In this document: positions 41,016 through 51,481 of the stretch, piece after piece
Layout of the letters: every line of letters begins with the position of its first letter
Numbering within the stretch: position 1 is the first letter of the stretch
DNA from: Lytechinus pictus
Lineage: Eukaryota
Direction: 5' to 3'
Length of the DNA: 64,000 nt
Assembly: GCF_037042905.1 (NCBI RefSeq)
Contig: NC_087249.1
Coordinates: forward strand, 10,912,001 to 10,976,000
The notes under the pieces: model-generated
What the model saw: the letters and a program-made list of their open reading frames with translations, nothing else
Database searches by the model: none
What the model was told of the DNA's origin: nothing
Made by a program: the position numbers and the translations under genes

Positions 41016-42248
41016 CTAGGCTTCCAATAAGGCGGGAGAAATGTGTCTGTACTTCTTGACGACGAAGATGACTGCTCCTGCAATGAATCCGACGGCTGCT
41101 AATACGGCAACAGCGACGCCAGCTGCACTTGATGAGGTGTTCCTTCTCAGGTGTGAGCCGAGGGGAGCTGGAGCTATCCGAGCAGGACCGGCTGCTACTG
41201 CTGCGGCTGGATTGGGACCTGGAGCCGGGTTGGGGCCTGGAGCCGGAGCTGGATTCGGGGCTGGAGCTGGGTTTGGAGAGGAAGCGGGACCGGGAGCCTC
41301 TTCTGAAGAGTCTGACGTGGAAGAAGCACTCTTGCTCCCTGAGGTGATTGCAGTCGGTGTAGGTTTGGCGGCGGGAGAAGGAGCAGGTGTCGGTTGATTC
41401 GGTGGAGCTACAGTTGTAGGTTGATTCGGTGGAGCTACAGTTGTAGGTTGATTGGGTTGTGTCTGGGCCAAGATACCAACTGAACAGGCTGTCATAGTAG
41501 AAACAAATGTTTTGATTATTTGCACGAGTTTCAGTATTTAATGTTAAAGCGATATAAAGTTACAAAAACATACACAATTGTTATAAATGTGACATTTAGA
41601 TAAAAATAACAATAGACTACATAATTAATATCAACTAACTAGTAGGACTATGAATGATTAGAAAGCAGAGGCCAGCTATCAGAAGCACAGTACTTGGAAG
41701 AATAGATGCCGTGAGAAAACAGCTACATATAAAAAGAACGATGATTACACAGATCAGCATTATAATGTAAATCATATTCTAAAATGTGACTAAATATGAA
41801 ATTTAAAAATCTCCTCAAATGAAGCTATCTTATATTTATAGAATTTGAAGAAAAACTGGTGCAAGAACGTCGAGTGACTGACACTTTCAATTTCTAAAGT
41901 AACCTTTTTTTCATTCTTATTTCGTTTATTTCCAAAGTAAACGATTGGTCGCTTAATTTCTTACATCTTAATGAAGAAATAAACATGAGATATTTTGCAG
42001 AATTTTACGTACAATCGACAAGATCATGATTCAGATAGACTGGTAACTGGGGAGGCTGCTAAAAAGCGAATCTTATAGACTGCAGCCTCCTATTTTAAAA
42101 AAAATCATAAATATTATATACCAAATAATAAACATCACTAGCATACATAACAATTGATTTATAGAAAATATTTAAAAGGAAAAAAAGTGATGCAAATTAT
42201 ACCTAGAACGATGACGAGGAAGGTGCCGAAGATTCGAACTGATGCCAT
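41016..42248 (-). CDS. G7: Pro/Ala/Asn-rich single-pass membrane protein with a Ser-acidic patch, 172 aa, 2 exons
   Basis: Exon 1 42248-42203 (MASVRIFGTFLVIVL+G, donor gtataa); exon 2 41488-41016 (ACSVGILA...). PNQPTTVAP repeats, STSDSSEE, PNPAPAP repeats, TM AAGVAVAVLAAVGFIAGAVIFVV, tail KKYRHISPALLEA. Confidence 0.88.
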
Positions 42249-42372
42249 GTTCGGAGTTTGAAGATGCCGGATTCTGAGCTACGATGATAAAGATAATATA
42301 AAATCAAGCTGTTCTGCAGTGACCATGAATAGGTTTCAGAATAAGTTGATATCTCTGGACTTTCTCTCGCCT

Positions 42373-42379
42373 TTTTATA
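42373..42379 (-). promoter_or_regulatory. TATA box of G7
   Basis: tgTATAAAAAgg on the minus strand, 131 nt upstream of the ATG. Confidence 0.7.
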
Positions 42380-43574
42380 CATTTTTCATTTCATTTTGTT
42401 TACCAAACGGGATGCTCTCCCAGCACGAAACGCAACAGGATATCATCTGCAATCCAACTTTTGGTCCATTAATTGACCGCCGACATGGTAATTGATGTTA
42501 TACGTCTTTGTACATTATCATGATATAATCATATACTCTCGCTACATTTTGATTTATCATTAAAATGACAGCTTAAAAGCTCTAAACAAAGGCATTGAAG
42601 TATTGATTTAATTATTTATTTTGTTATCCTTCTCTTCCCCTCTTACCCCTTCCCCCTCTCTTCCCTCTATCTATCTGTCTCCCTTTCCATCTCTCTCTTT
42701 CTCTCTCTCCCTCTTTCTCCTACTCTCTCTCAATTGCTCCCCCTCTCTCTCCCTCCATCAATCTTTCCTTTTCTCCTTGCTTCTTCTCCTCATCCCCCTC
42801 CTCCTCTCAGGCTCCCCCTCTCTCTTTCAATATTTGTATTTAAATCTCTCACTCGCACTCTCCCATCCCCTACTTCTACACAGTGAATACCATACTCCCT
42901 GTAAAGTACACTCAAATTCGAATTCATTTCTAAATAACTGTTTTTATTAATTTTTCACTCCGAATTTCAGAAGATCATCAACGTTTCTGGAGACGAGACC
43001 ATGAAAAAGATACATACTTGATTATGCAACAATCAAATTATTTTTTTATTTTCATTACTGTCCCGAACATAATTATACATGTACCTATTTTTTCTTCGTT
43101 TCTCCAAAAGATATGGAATGTCTAGTCGTAATTAATATCCCTTTCATACCCCCCCCCAGAAAAACCCAAAATGTTTATGAAATTAGCTATGTAAATTTTT
43201 AGAAAAATTGCACCTATATACGGTCTACATCAAATCCGAAGTGATTAATCACTTTAATCACCCATTAAAAAAAATAAAAGTACACTTATACAATATATAT
43301 ACATGAAAAACATACACATAAAACTACAGAAAGATCTTATCTTACGCGGGAAGCTTTCTGGTGGCCAGTCTGTGCTTCAATAATGGTTTGTACGATACTG
43401 AACTTTGATATGGTATAGAACATCCGTCAATATTCCCTCGGATGGGATATTGATAATAAGCCTCACAGTTTCTAATGAAGTATTCATCTACTTTTAAAAC
43501 AAGTTGACACATTGTTACCAAGAATTCTTATAGCATTTCCATTTATTTGAATGTGATATAAAGAGCAATGTTGA

Positions 43575-43672
43575 TTAAATGCATTGTTCACAGGAATAGG
43601 GACCGTGGCCGGGGATCGAACCTCGGACTTTCATGTGTCTTGTCAGGCGCCTTAGACCACTCGGCCACGGCA
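43575..43672 (-). mobile_element. tRNA-derived SINE head
   Basis: Minus strand gtggccgagtggtctaaggcg (A box) and ggttcgatccc (B box); no complete cloverleaf. Confidence 0.6.
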
Positions 43673-43973
43673 CTCTTCGGTACCATCAAATGCTTATGCT
43701 ACAGTCACACACCAAGGAAACCGACTCCAAGCCGACCGTTGACATGTCATTGGAAATAACGTAATAGCTTAGGTCGGTCTGGAATCGGATTCGTAGGTGT
43801 GGCTGAGGCTATAGTAGATCATATTTCTTTAGAATGACTCTTTTATTTAGTTTTTTTTTTCTTTATGATTCATACCTTAATCAATTACCGATATATTATG
43901 TTTGTTACGTAATGAAAATTGTATTGTATACAAATGTTATGAATGCAGAAGAAAACAATAAATCAAATCAAAT

Positions 43974-44290
43974 CAATAGCGAGTTTTTCGCAATTACAAC
44001 GGAGACGGATTCTACAACATAGTAAATCTATTGAAAATGCCCGTCAAATCACAATGGACAGCTCAGAGGTCTTTGTTGAAAATTTGAGAATCGGGACGGA
44101 AGATCGTCTTAAGATTCGGAGTTGACGAAAAATTGCAATTTGTCGTTTGTCCAGAGTCCAGGACGACGGCTGCTGTTTTTATTCCCCGATTTTCGACAAA
44201 GGCTGCATTGTCATGAAGGTCTTTTGACAATAGATTCTCTACGTTCCAGAAAGCGTCAGCGTAGTGATTGCGAAAACTCTTGTGCTATTG
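43974..44290. mobile_element. ~317 bp fold-back/MITE just downstream of the G8 stop codon
   Basis: Imperfect terminal IRs caatagcgagtttttcgcaatta / tgattgcgaaaactcttgtgctattg. Homologous to the 3' flanks of G2-G4. Confidence 0.65.
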
Positions 44291-44305
44291 TACAGCGCCA
44301 ATAAG

Positions 44306-45831
44306 TTATACCCGCACAACAACAGGGAAGTGGTGCCTGTATTTCTTGACCACGAAGACGATCGATCCCATGCCAAGGCCTACCATGATCATGGCTGCGA
44401 TGGCGATGCCGAACGTCGCGTTCGATGACGATGACGTCATCCTGACATCTTGGTTGCTAGGCATGTGATCCGGCCTACCCTTTATCGGGAGTTGGTTTCC
44501 AGACACGACCCCCGCGTCATTGACCAGCTCGACGTTGGTGTTCGGCAGTGCCCCGATGTTGATGGAGGCCGCGGTGCTACCGTTTGCCGTGTCGACGTCG
44601 TTGTCGGTGTCGGTATCGGTATCAACATCCATATCATCTTCCTCGGACGATTCCTCAGAGAGACTGCCGCTTTCAGTCACCTCAGTCATACCCGTTGGTT
44701 CTACCTCCTGATTGGCGGGAGCACCATAGAAGGGTTCTATCCGTAGCTCAGCTGGCTGCTGCTGCTTTACTTCCATTATGGTATCTTTTAAAACCACCCT
44801 CGCTCCTGCGAGGTTGCTGACCATACTGCAGGCTTGAAAAAATAGATATTCCGAAATAATGTTAAGAAATTTGTTTTCAGCTCTCTCTTTTTTTAATGTT
44901 GGTACTTGCTGGCTAATGTGAAGTGAGGGTTATACTCATTGGCGCCAACGAAATCGACTCCAAACCTACCGATCGTCCCGCTGGAAAGAGCACAGTATCC
45001 ACAGTGTGTTCACAGTGTGTGCCACATTGTGTGTCATAGTGTGGTACACAATGTGTAATCACCTTCACACTGTTATATTTGAGCATTTCAACTGAGTGTG
45101 AAAAACATATTCACATAGTCGACCATGTGAACACGCTGTGTACAGTCACACTCTCGAAGTGTTCACAGTGTGAATAATATTGTCACATAGTCCGCTTTGT
45201 GAACACACTGTGATCACACTGTGTTCGCTCCAGCAGGGGTATGTCATTGGTATAATAGCTTTTATCGGTAAACAGTCGGTCTCGATCGCCGGTGTGACAA
45301 TAACACGAAATCAGAGTGCATACTTTTATTCTAATTTTCAATTATGTGATTTTAGTATCATTATTCATAACAAAGATAAGAAAATCTTTTCTCCGATATG
45401 CTCAAATTAAAAATTAAAAGTTCATACTGAAGAACTAAATCTTGATGCGCTGTCTCTTTAAATTGTTTATACATTTTTGATTTTTGATTCACCAAAATAA
45501 TCCCTCATCCCCCCCCCCAAAAAAAAAAAAAAAAAAAAACAGAAAAAAAAATGTGCGAAATTCTTACATTTCGGAATTCAATTTCATTTAAACCATAATG
45601 ACTATAACCATTTCGACACTAACATGTAATAATGTTGTATTTCAGCGTTAGCCATTCATTGCTTAAACCCATGGACCTGTTGAAATCCATGATTAAACAT
45701 TAAACCAACGAAAAATTGCCCAACTGCAACCCTTCGGTAACATACATTTAAAAAAATGAATATTGAATTTGTATTGGTCCCAACTTACTTAAAACCATGA
45801 AAAGAGCGGGCAGACTTGTACGTGATGGCAT
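44306..45831 (-). CDS. G8: acidic single-pass membrane protein, P16-like architecture, ~189 aa, 2 exons
   Basis: Exon 1 45831-45789 (MPSRTSLPALFMVL+A, donor gtaagt); exon 2 44832-44306 after a ttttttcaag acceptor (TCSMVSNLAGA...). SEESSEEDDMDVDTDTD, TM FGIAIAAMIMVGLGMGSIVFVV, tail KKYRHHFPVVVRV. The AAG acceptor is less common. Confidence 0.82.
44977..45238. mobile_element. CCC..GGG-ended MITE (CACTA/EnSpm-like) in the G8 intron
   Basis: Ends cccgctggaaagagcacagt / actgtgttcgctccagcaggg; gt dinucleotide on both sides; nested in an older palindromic MITE. Confidence 0.65.
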
Positions 45832-46084
45832 GATGGAGGATTCCTGGAGTCGTTTTCACCAAACGAGTTCACAACCGACTTTTAGATGTAAACAATCGAT
45901 TGTTGAGGATGTTCAAGAAGATGTGGTATCCTGAAGAAGCTGAGATGATGGCGATATTTGAGCTTCTAGAAATGTCATCCTCTGCCAACGGACCGACCCA
46001 GTGCGCTCCAAGAGCGGGTGAGCTTCTGAGGATCTCTCGATAAGTCTTCGAAACGTTTGGATGTTCATCACCTCGCTCTTTGCC

Positions 46085-46091
46085 TTTTATA
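46085..46091 (-). promoter_or_regulatory. TATA box of G8
   Basis: tgTATAAAAgg on the minus strand, 260 nt upstream of the ATG. Confidence 0.55.
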
Positions 46092-46962
46092 CATCCCAAT
46101 TCCTTTTTTTTACATTAAACATATGATCTTAAACAGAAACCACAGGTGAAACCGGAAATACATTTGGCAACTCGAAGTCAAAGTGATCCCAAGTTTTACT
46201 TTAAGTCAACGTAAATGAGACGACTTTCATAAGGTGTTGTTGCTTTGGCAGTAAATGCTTCGAAGTTCAAACGATGTCAAATGGCACATTCTAATTGACA
46301 ATGTATTCTTAAAATGTTGTTGCGTTACGTAACGGTCAAGAAATATGGCACATGTTGGATTCATTGTCATCTCACATTCATGTTTATCATCATATGGAAG
46401 GTTGTCCAACGATGCGAGGCTATCGTTGCAATGATCTAATTGGCGGAAACACAGATACACACACCTGATTCGTCTCCCGCATCAAACCAGGTTACGTAAT
46501 ACTCATACATGTATATTGGTCGTTTATATACTGTAACTGTACCTCTATTTTGAAAATGTGATTATGATGATGATGATGATGATGATGCTTAATAATGAAT
46601 AATAATAATGATAATGCTAATAATCATAATGATAATAATAAGCAATTATCATTATCATCATCATCATTATCATTATTAATATGCAAAAAAAATATATAGC
46701 GCTTAATACAATGTTCCTAGGCGCCTCATACTACTACACCAATTTTAGCACGGCTGCCCCGATCAGGAGTTCGAGCGTTCAGGCAATTCTTATCATCGTT
46801 GATATTATTATCATTCAAAGAAATAGCATTAGCAAAATAACAATAATAATGATAGTGGCTACTTGTAACGCACAGGTCCACTTTTCAGTGATAATGGCGC
46901 TTCAAGAAAATATACATGAACAAAAATTGAAATAAAATAGAAAGAACAAGAATAGGCATTTG

Positions 46963-47282
46963 NNNNNNNNNNNNNNNNNNNNNNNNNNNNNNNNNNNNNN
47001 NNNNNNNNNNNNNNNNNNNNNNNNNNNNNNNNNNNNNNNNNNNNNNNNNNNNNNNNNNNNNNNNNNNNNNNNNNNNNNNNNNNNNNNNNNNNNNNNNNNN
47101 NNNNNNNNNNNNNNNNNNNNNNNNNNNNNNNNNNNNNNNNNNNNNNNNNNNNNNNNNNNNNNNNNNNNNNNNNNNNNNNNNNNNNNNNNNNNNNNNNNNN
47201 NNNNNNNNNNNNNNNNNNNNNNNNNNNNNNNNNNNNNNNNNNNNNNNNNNNNNNNNNNNNNNNNNNNNNNNNNNNNNNNNNN
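46963..47282. other. Assembly gap (320 N)
   Basis: Run of N. Confidence 1.
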
Positions 47283-47384
47283 TTAAAGTAGTGGTAATAG
47301 AGAGGTATATATGGGAACAGAAACAGAGATTCTAATTAATATAGTGTGTTCACATCAGACTATCTACGTCGACAAACTGTTTAT

Positions 47385-47512
47385 GTGGTGTAGCGGTTTG
47401 GACTCTTGACTTGTAATCAGAGGGTCGTGTGTTTGAATCCCACCTTGGTCTAGCATCCTTTGGCAAGGTGTAAATCCATACTCTGCCACTCTCCTCCCTC
47501 GTGTTAGATGGA
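47385..47512 (+). mobile_element. tRNA-derived SINE fragment (related to 7111-7349)
   Basis: gtggtgtagcggtt...gactcttgacttgtaatc...gtttgaatcccacc...cctttggcaagg. Confidence 0.6.
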
Positions 47513-49935
47513 TAAAAATAATGCAAAACTTTACAATGCCAATATTTTTATTCCAATTTGAAGAAAGGTTCAGTGATTTGTTTGTCTGATTTGACTCTAT
47601 CTGTTCAAATCATGATTATTTACATTTCGACGTTTCCCTTTTATATTATAGAATTACCATCTGATGTAATCGTAATGATCACTTTAAACATATTTTCAAT
47701 CTCCGATATCCTAGCTTGGATATTATCTACCACCTGCTTTTGATATTTCATGATCATTTAATAGTTTACTCAACCTGTAGGTTCCCACTGTGACGTCAGA
47801 CAATCTGCACTCCTCCCATCTGTGCGACGTCACCTGTTAGGTCCTACCCCTCCCTTCCATGTCAAAACAATCCCTATCATTGCGCCAAGCCTTGGTAGAC
47901 TTGTATGCGACAATGAATGATTCGGTGCCAATGCATCTGTCTACTGCTCAGTGTTTTGGCAAGTGAATGCCCTCAGAAGCAATACAGGGGTGAAATATGG
48001 TTCATGGATGAAAACTATTTTTAATGGTTTTTATACTTAAAAAGGGGAAATGGACAAGTGGGTCCCGTTTTCTAGCAGCGCGGTGGTATTGCTTGACAAG
48101 ACAGATATAGTTTCTCTTTAAAAAAAAAAACCTGACATTAAAGATCTCTCGTTGATTTTTTTTTATCATTGTTCATTTGAAAGACAAACTATTCCGAGAA
48201 TAGTTAAACATCCACGACCGCTATTGTATGTTTTTAGTTAGTGTTTCTGTCAGTAAAAAAATAATAAATCTTGAAACGGGAAATTATATATATCATGGCT
48301 ACGTCGAGTTCATTATTTAGTATGAAGTTGTGGGTCCGTGGAAGGAGAGTTGGGCCTCCGCTTATCTATTAAGAGTTAAAAAAATAACTTTCTGAAAGTG
48401 ATACTTCGGAATCGATTCGACATGACCAATGCTAAGAAAATGTGCATAATAACAGGGGCCGCGGAACCGGGAAGGGGGGTCTGGGGTTAAGTGCCCCTTT
48501 TTTCAAAACCGTGTACAAAAATGTAAAAATTACTTTATGCATAGCCCCCCCCCCCCCCCCCCCCCACTTTCATAACAGAATCGCCACAATACGACAACTT
48601 TTAAGTGAAGACCTTTCTTCCTATATAGCTTACTTTGCTTTTTTATTTTTATTTTATTTTTCTATGGTAAGTTGTTGTTCTTTCTGTATTCTATTTCTTA
48701 AAAATGCCCCTAGTGTCGTATGAGGGAGCCAGGCGACAGCGCATTGGACAACGTTTTAAAAATGCCGCGAGCGAGCAAAGCAAGCGAGCACAAATTGACC
48801 TTTTTGCACAAAAAAAATCTAATTTTGTGATTAATTTTAATATAATATTCAGAAAATAGTATTATATTTCACCCTTTCCTTTTTTTTCTCCTTTTTTCAT
48901 TGGTCGTGTTTTTTTGTTTGGGGGATGTCTGTGGCCAGCCAAGCCCCCCCCCCCCCTCTGTTGTACGCCAGTGATGCCCCCCCCCCCGGCTTTTCCGCCT
49001 TTTATCACTTAGGCAATTACTTTTACCCCTCCAATACCATAATTCTTTTTATTCATATAAACATTTAGTTCCTTTCATTCTCACAAAATTCAACTTTCTG
49101 AAATAAATTCATTTAAAATTTTCATAAAGGAAATGAATACACCAGGTTTGTTTACAGGATCGAAAACCTATAGATCTATAAAGGAAAAAAACCTAGTTGT
49201 TAGATACACTGGTGCACATGAATACAACATTAAATAAAAGCAGATTAAGAATTATCAAAATTTATTAAAATTAGCGATATCAACTCGAATCGTTAAAGAC
49301 AGTCGAAAAACGATATCTGTACGAAAGAGGTGCCCGCAGAGCAGTGATTGATGTAAATCGGAAATCACATTAAATAGTAAGGAAGTACTTCATGGTACTA
49401 CCGATCAATTATATTGTTCATTGACTATACAGCCGCTAAAGCAATTCATACATTTTCATTTCATTATGAATGACAGTAGTATCGATCTAATATATTGGTC
49501 ACGGTCCCATGGTGGACTGAGTAGGGGGGGGTGGTCAAGGGGTGCATGACCTCATTTTCGGGTTTTCCCAATTTATCATGCTTGTCAGATATATATTTTT
49601 TTCTAAGATATTCCATTTTTAGTGTGCACCTTTTTAAGTCTTGAAAGATTATTTTTCGATAGTTGCCTGCCTGTTTAGAGTGATATTTTCATTATTTTAT
49701 GGGGGGGGGGGGCTTGCTTGTTAGAATATTTTGAATGAATCAACATATTTGTTAACGTTTACTAAGTTTATAGGGGTAGATTAATATGTTTTCCAAGCCA
49801 TTTCATGTATTTCTTTGTTCTCATTTTACGTATATTTGGACCGCCTTTGAGCTCGATGACAAGTGTTTTGTTTTTCCAAAATGAAAGGGCGGATCTTTGA
49901 AAGTCCAAGACACACAACCGCCTTTCACACCCTCC

Positions 49936-49970
<35 letters not shown>

Positions 49971-51481
49971 GCTCTCTCCCTCTCTCTATTTCTCCTCTTG
50001 CCTATCCTTTTCTATCTTTCTTTCTGTCCAATTTAATAACCATTGAAATACAGGTTACCATGGCAATTAAAGTTGATGGAATATAATTTATGTAACGGGA
50101 GCAGATTGAGATATTTGCCTAAAATAAAGTTGCTTTATATCATCTTAAATTTTTCCCGCAAGCATTAAGTATTTATTATATCAAAATAAATATTTTCCTT
50201 TTTTCATTTAAGCTAGTACCCTCAATTTTAATTTGGGCTATGTATAAGAAAGTGGATATATTGGTATGTATATAAACGTTAGAGAAATGTATATTCTTTA
50301 AGATTTGTCTCGCAACGAAATTTTGAAAGCGCTCCAATTTCCAAAGTTTGTATTCTTCAAAGAACAAACCGCGTATTCATGTAACTACATGGCCAACGTT
50401 TGGTGCCATGCCAAAGGCTGAATACAAGAATACTATGTAAGTTAATTAACTTTGGATTAATGTCAAGCATTATGAGAAACGTCAAGTCCTTGGCATGGTT
50501 TCAGTTGATTCTTTCGTGAACCCTTTCCTGGTGACAAAAGCAGTGGCTTAGCCGATTTGCGCTATATAAGCGCGAATGAATACAGTTTTTACCTTACTTT
50601 TTTACATTATGAAATGTGGTGTTACAACCATAACTGCAGTGTATACCGACGAAGCTGTCTCCAAACCGACCGTAGTCTAGTTCTAGACGATATTAAACGA
50701 ATTTATTTGCACCGATATATACGTTCTATTCCGTGCGTACGCCCAGCCGAGTGTGCGCGCAAAACCGAGAACCTGTACTCCGAGGAAATATCGTCTAGAT
50801 CAGTTGCTCAGCGGTGACGTCAGAGGTCAAAGGTCAACGGACGAGTGCTCATGAATATGCATGAGTTACTTGTCAATCTCGCTGCGCCGAACAGTGCAAC
50901 GTTGTTTACGTTTTGCACACTCGTTATCAGCTGTGTGCATACATTGTGCACGTGGGATTGATGTAGTAGATCTATGCAGCGCAGGGACGTGAGCGTCCGT
51001 GATCTATGTGATGTGAATACATGTACATGTATCATACGACAGTTTAAGATAGTTCATTACTTTTAAGGCTACAAATAGACATTTCATTGTTGGGAAATTA
51101 CTGTTACATGCATAATAGTTATTTCACTCTATGTGCATATCTTGGTTAAATCTGTGGGTATGATGTTACCATCATGATATATGAAAGAAGGTGCTAATGT
51201 ACCAAATTTCAAACTTCAAAACAATACAGACTAGTTTTTCCACTTTACTCAGATGGAATAATTAATGTACATGTTTGAATGATATATTTTATATTCTTCT
51301 TCATCTACACATGTAATTACATAAAGGCATTTTGTCTTAGTATGGGTATTGAAAATTTAGACTCATACAATGTAATTAAAGTCTCATTCTTGTGAATGGA
51401 TCACATCACGGTACATTTTACTGTGGGCACTTGTAAATATATCATTTTCAAAGTCTTCTTCACATATTTCACTGTCAAAGA

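Noticed and set aside
43600-43672. Possible tRNA genes (also ~7270-7349 and ~47385-47450)
   Set aside because: A and B boxes are present, but there is no proper acceptor or anticodon stem and SINE-like bodies follow. Called as SINE heads.
46960-47286. 108 aa ORF of X residues
   Set aside because: Assembly gap.
50557-50817. ORF sharing a peptide with 59076-59381, suggesting a duplicated gene
   Set aside because: The shared peptide is only the translation of the 150 bp TIR.
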